Assembly: GCA_964523905.1 (NCBI GenBank)
Contig: CAZFYQ010000004.1
Coordinates: 31,535 to 95,534, forward strand
From: an uncultured Gammaproteobacteria bacterium
Lineage (GTDB): Bacteria; Patescibacteriota; Microgenomatia; Daviesbacterales; UBA10151
DNA: 64,000 nucleotides
Direction of reading: 5' to 3'
The notes under the pieces were generated by a model. That model saw only the letters and a list, made by a program, of their open reading frames with translations, was not told the DNA's origin and ran no database searches. The translations under genes were made by a program, and so were the position numbers. Shown here one piece after another: positions 1 to 6,478 of this stretch. Position 1 is the first letter of the stretch. Every line of letters starts with the position of its first letter.

Positions 1-771
1 AAGGATAAAATGGTCGGCGGTTTAGCAGATCCTAAATTGGGTAAACCAACTAATAAGGCAGATGTAATAGGGGGACTTGCTATTAACGGAATTGACAATG
101 ATCCGCGGATGGATGCTATCAAGCAAGAATTATCTGCCGATTATAACGAGCAAGCCAAACAAATTTTTAAAGAACGTTTTCCAGAAGATGCCGAAGCATA
201 TGATAGACAAGCAAAGATTTATGAAAATCCTAATGAAGACCCGGCGATCCAGGTAATAGAAGAAGAAATAAAACGGGCTGCTAATAATGATCCGGAAGTA
301 GCTAAGGCCAGAACAGATTATGTTGATACCTGGAATAATACATATAAACGTTTCAGTCAGGAAGCTTGGATAAATTTTGCCAGGCTTTATCCTGATAAAG
401 CTGCTGCTTATAAAGATAAATTCCCGCCACTGCAACAGCTTACCAGCGGATTAACGATTTCACCTGAGCCTTCCTCAACTCCAATACAGCCCACACCAAC
501 GCTTCGGCCTGAAGGATCTCCTCAGTCTTCTGTAGAGCAACCAAAACTCGATCTTAGTACTTTAATAGCTGCAGATAATGTAAAAGTTGATGATTTCTTT
601 GGTCTTGGTAAGGATCAGCTTGACGAGCTTTACATTAATGTTAGTAGGCTTGCGGTGCACAATGATATGAAAATACGAGAAAAGGCACAAAAGATCCGTG
701 AAATAATCGAGATGGGTAAGGAGGTTTATTTACAGAAAAACCCCGGCACCGACACCATTAATTTTAAATAA
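1..771 (+). CDS. hypothetical protein, 5' partial (open to window edge)
   Basis: ORF is open in frame 1 back to base 1; no recognisable domain; acidic/Pro-rich middle. Confidence 0.4.
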   Translation, partial: KDKMVGGLADPKLGKPTNKADVIGGLAINGIDNDPRMDAIKQELSADYNEQAKQIFKERFPEDAEAYDRQAKIYENPNEDPAIQVIEEEIKRAANNDPEVAKARTDYVDTWNNTYKRFSQEAWINFARLYPDKAAAYKDKFPPLQQLTSGLTISPEPSSTPIQPTPTLRPEGSPQSSVEQPKLDLSTLIAADNVKVDDFFGLGKDQLDELYINVSRLAVHNDMKIREKAQKIREIIEMGKEVYLQKNPGTDTINFK

Positions 772-971
772 TGGATCCAAAACTTGCGCGTATTCTTTCT
801 GATTTCTGTTTAGATATTGCCAAGGGATTTTTCATCGCCACTTTTGTGACACCTGCAATAAGTGAAGTGTCTTCATGGTGGGTAGTAGCCTTAATCTTGA
901 TTAAAGGACTCTTTGCTGTTACAATGGGCCTACTGTTTGCTTGGAAGTTTGCCAAGCTGGAGGAAATATAA
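771..971 (+). CDS. small hydrophobic membrane protein (66 aa)
   Basis: ORF track; two predicted TM segments; tightly packed between flanking ORFs. Confidence 0.3.
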   Translation: MDPKLARILSDFCLDIAKGFFIATFVTPAISEVSSWWVVALILIKGLFAVTMGLLFAWKFAKLEEI

Positions 972-1102
972 TGAACCAAATAAACTGGCTAGATGTTTTT
1001 AATTCTGCAACCACTTTTTGGATACTGGCATCAATTGCTATTGGTATCTGGTTTCTCGTACTTAAAAAGGACGCCCGAACTAAATCTGCCAAGCGTAAAT
1101 AA
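971..1102 (+). CDS. small TM protein (43 aa; not in ORF track, below length cutoff)
   Basis: ATG at 971 preceded by aggaaat SD-like; translation [43 protein letters not shown], stop at 1100-1102. Confidence 0.25.
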   Translation: MNQINWLDVFNSATTFWILASIAIGIWFLVLKKDARTKSAKRK

Positions 1103-1113
1103 AGCTTACCCCA

Positions 1114-1251
1114 ATGCCGAAACGAACTTATCAACCAAAAAAAGCAAAGCGAGCTAAAAAGCACGGATACCGGGCTCGGGTTGCCACATCCGGTGGGGTG
1201 AAAGTAATCAAAAGAAGAAGAGCTAGAGGAAGAGTAAAGCTGACAGTGTAA
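1114..1251 (+). CDS. rpmH: 50S ribosomal protein L34
   Basis: Own translation: [45 protein letters not shown], a canonical L34 (45 aa); not in ORF track because under 60 aa; directly precedes rnpA. Confidence 0.9.
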   Translation: MPKRTYQPKKAKRAKKHGYRARVATSGGVKVIKRRRARGRVKLTV

Positions 1252-1261
1252 TGCCAAAGTC

Positions 1262-1600
1262 ATGCTCCCCAAAGACAAACGCTTAAATTTAAAAACAGAC
1301 TTCAAATGGGTGGCCTCTGGTCGAAAACTAGAATCTAAATTCTTAAAACTTTTCTATCGTGATGGTCAAAATACTGAAGCAAGAATTGGTATTGCCGGTT
1401 CTTCTAAAGTTTTCAAAAAAGCTACTGATAGAAACCGGGCCAGACGTTTGACATCAGCAGCACTACAAACTATTTACTCTAAACTCCCTACTAATATAAA
1501 TATAGTAGCTCTTCCCAAGACCGGTATCACTAGTGTAAAATCACAAGACGTACTTTTAGATTTAGAGACCGTACTTAAAAATGAAAAGATTATTAGTTAG
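1262..1600 (+). CDS. rnpA: ribonuclease P protein component
   Basis: 112 aa basic protein immediately downstream of rpmH; conserved rpmH-rnpA-yidD-yidC synteny. Confidence 0.85.
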   Translation: MLPKDKRLNLKTDFKWVASGRKLESKFLKLFYRDGQNTEARIGIAGSSKVFKKATDRNRARRLTSAALQTIYSKLPTNINIVALPKTGITSVKSQDVLLDLETVLKNEKIIS

Positions 1601-1826
1601 CATGATAAACAAGTTTCTAACTTCGTTTACAACTTTAGTTATTGAATTTTACCAAACCTTTCTTTCCTTTGACCGCGGGGTGCTAGCCATCTTTGCACCA
1701 GGTGGTGCTTGTCGGTATGAGGTTTCCTGCTCTGAGTATACTAAACAGTCTATTGACGAGTACGGCGTCTTGAAAGGAGTGGGAATGGGTTTTAAAAGAA
1801 TCCTGTCCTGCAATCCATGGAACTAA
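1581..1826 (+). CDS. yidD: membrane protein insertion efficiency factor YidD
   Basis: CRYEVSCSEY motif typical of YidD; position between rnpA and yidC. Confidence 0.85.
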   Translation: MKRLLVSMINKFLTSFTTLVIEFYQTFLSFDRGVLAIFAPGGACRYEVSCSEYTKQSIDEYGVLKGVGMGFKRILSCNPWN

Positions 1827-2668
1827 TCGGAACCGTCTTTAATACTATTTTTTTTGGGCCGATTGTTAATCTGTTGGTTCTGGTTTATAAACTGTTAATC
1901 CTGATTCATATCCCGGGTGCTTTAGGTTTTTCCATTATTATCCTAACAGTATTAATCCGCTTTTTAGTTTGGCCGTTTACTGCTTCTCAAATGAAATCTA
2001 TGCAAAAAATGGCCTCGCTAAAACCACATTTAGATGAATTAAAAACCAAACACAAAGATGATAAACAAGCTTTGGCCGCAGCTCAAATGGCTTTATATAA
2101 AGAACACGGCGTAAATCCAGCCGGAGGTTGCCTGCCTTCCTTAATCCAAATCCCGGTTTTTATTGGTCTTTATCAGTCAATCCTAAACATGGTTCCCCGG
2201 GGTACTGCCGCTGCTCAGGCAGCTGGTTTGCAGCATATTAATTCCGTATTATATAACCCCTGGTTGCACTTGTCTTCTGCACCTAATCAATCTTTTTTTG
2301 GTTTAAACTTGGCAGTTGCCCCGTCTGATTTTTTGCATCAGGGCGTTTTTCTGTTGTTAATTCCGGTACTGACCGGGGCTTTGACTTTTGTGCAATCTAA
2401 AATGATGGCACCTGCTCAGCCCTTAAAAATCTACAAAGATGATAAACCAAAAGAGATTAAACAAAAAGAAGGCATGGATGAGGCAATGTCTTCCATGCAA
2501 GGCCAGATGACCTATCTGATGCCGGTGATGATTGGCTATTTTGCCTTCCAATTTCCAGTGGGGCTTGCATTTTACTGGAATACGTTTACAATAATGGGAA
2601 TTATTCAGCAGTATCGCATTGGTGGCTGGGGCGGGCTAACTGGGATAATCAAAAAATATGGAAGATAA
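1817..2668 (+). CDS. yidC: membrane protein insertase YidC (short form)
   Basis: 283 aa multi-TM protein, 60 kDa inner-membrane insertase-like core; synteny with yidD/jag. Confidence 0.85.
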   Translation: MELIGTVFNTIFFGPIVNLLVLVYKLLILIHIPGALGFSIIILTVLIRFLVWPFTASQMKSMQKMASLKPHLDELKTKHKDDKQALAAAQMALYKEHGVNPAGGCLPSLIQIPVFIGLYQSILNMVPRGTAAAQAAGLQHINSVLYNPWLHLSSAPNQSFFGLNLAVAPSDFLHQGVFLLLIPVLTGALTFVQSKMMAPAQPLKIYKDDKPKEIKQKEGMDEAMSSMQGQMTYLMPVMIGYFAFQFPVGLAFYWNTFTIMGIIQQYRIGGWGGLTGIIKKYGR

Positions 2669-3158
2669 ATTAAGCGACATTTTAGACAACACTTTGGGGT
2701 TACTCTTGTTGGAAGGATCATATGAAATCGCTGAAGAAGCTGAGGGCTTTTTTGTATCCATTGATACAGCTGATGCTGGCCGTTTAATCGGGGCCAGAGG
2801 AGAATTTTTAGAATCCTTACAACTGTTGGTTAACCAGATGTTATCTCGTCAGATGGGAGAGGGCGCCGAATTTAAAAGAGTGGTCTTAGATGTATCTAAC
2901 TGGAGAAAACAAAAAGAAGAAGAATTAACCCAGCATGCCAAAGAGTGGAGTAATGAAGTCTTAGAATCTGGAAAAGAAATGGAACTTGAACCAATGTCTT
3001 CTTGGCAAAGAAGAATCATTCATATGGTGGTTGGTGAAACAAAAGGTTTGGAAACTGAAAGTACTGGTGAGGGCCGGGACCGACATATCGTGATTAAGCC
3101 TGTTGGCAAAGCTGTAAAATCTAAACCTGAAGACAAAGCTACCAGTGAAGAAGCTTGA
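2658..3158 (+). CDS. jag: Jag/KhpB-like RNA-binding protein (KH + R3H domains)
   Basis: C-terminal R3H-like segment RRIIHMVVGETKGLETESTGEGRDRHIVIKP; downstream of yidC. Confidence 0.8.
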   Translation: MEDKLSDILDNTLGLLLLEGSYEIAEEAEGFFVSIDTADAGRLIGARGEFLESLQLLVNQMLSRQMGEGAEFKRVVLDVSNWRKQKEEELTQHAKEWSNEVLESGKEMELEPMSSWQRRIIHMVVGETKGLETESTGEGRDRHIVIKPVGKAVKSKPEDKATSEEA

Positions 3159-4365
3159 ACAGCTGCTGTTATTTTTAACGATCTTTTTTCTTCCGACTCA
3201 ACTTGGTAAACATTTTTGGCCAAGTTTTTCTTTTATCTATTCTTTACCAATTGATTATCTATCCCCGGTAATTTATTTTTGGGATCTTTTGGCAGTAGTC
3301 TTATTTGTCACATTCTTAATTAACAAAGGTCAGATCAATAAACTGGCGCTTAATTTAGGATTTTTCTTTTTACTAACCCAAAGCGTGTCTTTACTTAGTA
3401 GTACCAATCCGGCAGCTGGGCTGGTTAGGTTGGAGCAATATTTGGTGGTGATATTTTTGGGAATTTATTTGGCATCAATCAAATTAAAGGTTTTTAAAAA
3501 GATTATTATGTGGGGATTAATTCTGGGAATATTAATAGAAGGAGTTTTGGCAGGGATTCAATTTATTACCGGTAGTACTGTCGGGCTTTGGATTTTGGGT
3601 GAAAGAAGTTTTACTATTTCTACTCCAGGAATTGCTAAATTTGATTTTTATAACTTCCACTTTTTAAGGCCCTATGGCACTTTTCCTCATCCCAATGTAT
3701 TAGCGGGGTTTATGATTATTGCCATCCTTATCATTGTCATCCTGAGGCGACTCGCCGAAGGATCTCTTACGAATGTAAGTTACTTTGCGACAGTTTTACT
3801 AGCTGGTCTAACGTTGTTACTGACAGTATCCCGAGTAGCGATAGTAGCTGGTGTTGGTTCAGCGCTCGTCACATTAAATAAAAAAGGCCGGATGTTTCTG
3901 CTTCTTTTGTTGTTGCTGCTTCTGCCGGTTTTGTATACCCGCTTTGCATCGGTGTTTAATTTCGATGTGATATCTTTAATAAGAAGAGAACAACAAATCG
4001 GCATCGCTTTTACTTTATGGACTAAGCACCCTATCTTTGGGGTTGGTTTAAATAATTTTATTATCTCGGCATCTGATCAGTTACTAGCCGGGCCGAGCAG
4101 ATTTCTGCAGCCGGTCCATAATATATTCCTGTTAGAACTAGCAGAAACAGGAGTTATTGGATTCATAGGTTTTATTGTACTAATTGGATATCCATTTCTC
4201 AAAAATTTCAAATTTCAAATTTCAAATTTCAAATTGCTTTGGTTCGTCATCCTCTTCCTGGGAATGTTTGATCATTACTTTTTAACCCTTCCCCAAGGAT
4301 ACCGAATGCTTTTTCTAGTATGGGGAATATCGATTAGTTCTCTTAAAGTAGAGGGAAAAAGCTAA
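3145..4365 (+). CDS. O-antigen ligase family (Wzy_C/WaaL-like) membrane protein
   Basis: About 10-12 TM helices; periplasmic loop with NIFLLELAETGVIGF typical of O-antigen ligases; contains an 8-bp tandem repeat near its 3' end. Confidence 0.7.
   Translation: MKKLEQLLLFLTIFFLPTQLGKHFWPSFSFIYSLPIDYLSPVIYFWDLLAVVLFVTFLINKGQINKLALNLGFFFLLTQSVSLLSSTNPAAGLVRLEQYLVVIFLGIYLASIKLKVFKKIIMWGLILGILIEGVLAGIQFITGSTVGLWILGERSFTISTPGIAKFDFYNFHFLRPYGTFPHPNVLAGFMIIAILIIVILRRLAEGSLTNVSYFATVLLAGLTLLLTVSRVAIVAGVGSALVTLNKKGRMFLLLLLLLLLPVLYTRFASVFNFDVISLIRREQQIGIAFTLWTKHPIFGVGLNNFIISASDQLLAGPSRFLQPVHNIFLLELAETGVIGFIGFIVLIGYPFLKNFKFQISNFKLLWFVILFLGMFDHYFLTLPQGYRMLFLVWGISISSLKVEGKS
3736..3766 (+). repeat. GC-rich hairpin motif gtcatCCTgagGCGActCGCCgaAGGatctc (family copy 1, inside CDS)
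   Basis: Shares 11-nt 5' flank gtcatcctgag and 10-nt 3' flank gaaggatctc with copy at 10345..10371; nested stems ATCCT/AGGAT and GGCGA/TCGCC. Confidence 0.5.
4203..4238 (+). repeat. 8-bp tandem repeat (aaatttca) x4.5 inside O-antigen-ligase-like CDS
   Basis: Read directly: aaatttcaaatttcaaatttcaaatttcaaatt; the unit length is not a multiple of 3. Confidence 0.8.
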
Positions 4366-4808
4366 GGAGCCGCTCTATGTATAGAACTAACCCGCTCTCG
4401 TCCTGCTTCTAATTTTTTCAAACCATCTGTAATAGCATTACGGTATGCATCTACCCACTCATCGTCTTTATAAGTTCGACTAAGGTCGTCTAATCCTAAA
4501 GCTGCTTCTCCAATACCTACTAACATATTCCCTTTCCTAATCCTCCTGATTCCATCTGCTAAGAGTAAGGCTGATCCGACATACCTGGCTGCTAATTTTA
4601 TGTTTTCTAACCAATGGTTTGAGTCTGCGTATAGGTGTGCATTATCCAGTGATGTATAGCGAGCAAGCCTAGTACTAGAGGCAAATGTACTGACCTCGAT
4701 AATATTAGGATTATCAGTACTTCTTTTGACAGAGGCCTCAACTCCTTCTCTAGTTTCCCAATCAATCATCTTAAGCAGCAATATAGATAAATTGCATTGG
4801 TTTGTCAA
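4362..4808 (-). CDS. hypothetical protein (148 aa), opposite strand to flanking envelope genes
   Basis: Clean 148-aa ORF on the opposite strand filling the gap between the ligase-like and flippase-like genes; no recognisable motif; GC visibly higher than neighbours. Confidence 0.35.
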   Translation of the reverse strand: MTNQCNLSILLLKMIDWETREGVEASVKRSTDNPNIIEVSTFASSTRLARYTSLDNAHLYADSNHWLENIKLAARYVGSALLLADGIRRIRKGNMLVGIGEAALGLDDLSRTYKDDEWVDAYRNAITDGLKKLEAGRERVSSIHRAAP

Positions 4809-4827
4809 GACATAATAGAATACGTTA

Positions 4828-6009
4828 ATGCGGAACTTAATTAAAATTTCCCAACAAACTCTTTGGCAAATGGTGGGAAAAGTTGTTACTTCTTTGTCTA
4901 CTTTTATTATCCTGGGACTGATTACTAGAAACTATGGCCCCAAAGGAACCGGTGTCTTTACACTGGCTTTAACATATCTTGCGATTTTTTATCTGCTAGC
5001 TGATTTTGGTTTTAATGCCCATGAGCTAAAACAGGCGAAATTACAATTTCAAAAACTACTAGGGACTAGAATAATCTGGTCTGGACTACTGGTAGTTTTG
5101 GCCGTTAGTTTACTACCGCTTTTACCTTTTGTCAGTCCCCTATTTCCTAAAGCTGTTTTATTTGGCTGTTTAGCTATCATTTTCGCCGGAATTTATACCA
5201 CCTGTAATTTAATTTTCCAAAGTAAATTACGCTATGACTTATCAATTATTGCATCAGGCGCTGGTACCATGCTTAGTCTTGGCGTATTTATATTTTTTGT
5301 AAAAGGAAATTTTCCAGTCCCCTTTCTTTTGTTAGCTCATTTATTTGGCTGGTTAATCATTGCTGGTGCGGCTCTTTTTTTAGTCAAAAAATTGGTGATT
5401 ACTACCTATCCGATATTCGATAAACAATATACAATAAACCTTTTTAAAACTTCCTGGCCCATTGCCGCTACTTTGGCTGTTAATGTGGTCTATTTTCGCG
5501 CTGATGCTTTTATGGTGTCATATTACAAAGGTTTATCTGATGTTGGTTTTTATAATGTGGCTTATCAAGTATTTCAATCCGCTTTGGTTTTGCCAACATT
5601 TATTATGAATGCTTATTATCCGTTAATGCTAAAGTCTTTTGTTGGAATTAAAAAAGTAGCGCTGGGTTTAGTGGCGCTAGCAACCATGGGAACTATGGTA
5701 ACTTTGCTGCTAGCCTCATTAATAATTAAGTTACTTACAGGGACGGGGTTTAATAGTTCAATTGGCAGTTTACAAATTTTATCTTTGGGATTTCCGGCCT
5801 ATTTTTTATCATCACTTTTGATGTGGGTCCTGGTAACAAAAGGCAGTTACCGGATAATGTTTTTTATTTACGTAATTGGACTGCTGGTTAATTTAGGGTT
5901 AAATTTTTTGTACATTCCCCAGTATTCTTTTATGGCTGCTTCCTGGACAACAGTGATTTCTGAATATTTGATTTTACTTATGCAAGTTGTGGTATTATCA
6001 CTAAGATGA
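4828..6009 (+). CDS. polysaccharide biosynthesis protein / Wzx-like flippase (MOP superfamily)
   Basis: 393 aa polytopic membrane protein; N-terminal LITRNYGPKGTGVFTLALTYLAIFYLLADFGFN resembles the Polysacc_synt family N-terminus. Confidence 0.55.
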   Translation: MRNLIKISQQTLWQMVGKVVTSLSTFIILGLITRNYGPKGTGVFTLALTYLAIFYLLADFGFNAHELKQAKLQFQKLLGTRIIWSGLLVVLAVSLLPLLPFVSPLFPKAVLFGCLAIIFAGIYTTCNLIFQSKLRYDLSIIASGAGTMLSLGVFIFFVKGNFPVPFLLLAHLFGWLIIAGAALFLVKKLVITTYPIFDKQYTINLFKTSWPIAATLAVNVVYFRADAFMVSYYKGLSDVGFYNVAYQVFQSALVLPTFIMNAYYPLMLKSFVGIKKVALGLVALATMGTMVTLLLASLIIKLLTGTGFNSSIGSLQILSLGFPAYFLSSLLMWVLVTKGSYRIMFFIYVIGLLVNLGLNFLYIPQYSFMAASWTTVISEYLILLMQVVVLSLR

Positions 6010-6413
6010 AATTGGTGATATTTACAGACGGAGCCTCACGCGGTAATCCTGGACCAGCCTCTTACGGTTATACCATTGCGGATGAAAATGGCAAGGTCTT
6101 ACGTGAAGCTGGAGAATATATTGGAGAGACTACTAACAATGTGGCCGAATACACGGCAGTAGTAGAAGCCTTAACCTGGATTAAGCAAAACCTCAGTGAC
6201 CAGAAACTGCAAATCAACTTGTTTGCAGATTCCCGTTTGGTGGTGCAGCAATTATCCGGAAGATTTAAAATTAAAAGTGAACACCTAAAACCAATTATAG
6301 AAAAAATTAAGATCTTGGCTTTTGAAATGGGTGGTGTGATCTACACACACGTACCGCGGGAAAAGAATAAAGAAGCTGATGCCCTTGCCAACCTTGCTTT
6401 AGACTCTCGGTAA
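6006..6413 (+). CDS. rnhA: ribonuclease HI-like protein
   Basis: KLVIFTDGASRGNPGPASYGY and VAEYTAVVEAL motifs of RNase H type 1; start overlaps the flippase stop by 4 nt. Confidence 0.75.
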   Translation: MKLVIFTDGASRGNPGPASYGYTIADENGKVLREAGEYIGETTNNVAEYTAVVEALTWIKQNLSDQKLQINLFADSRLVVQQLSGRFKIKSEHLKPIIEKIKILAFEMGGVIYTHVPREKNKEADALANLALDSR

Positions 6414-6478
6414 TCGTTATCCACTTTGTTACCATTACGCACTCTTGCAAAGCTAGCCAGTAGTGCTAAGATTTACGC

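Noticed and set aside
3901-3925. ttgttgttgctgcttctg codon repeat (poly-Leu LLLLLLLLP)
   Set aside because: It is in-frame codon reiteration within a TM helix of the ligase-like protein, with a triplet period. No evidence points to anything beyond hydrophobic low complexity.
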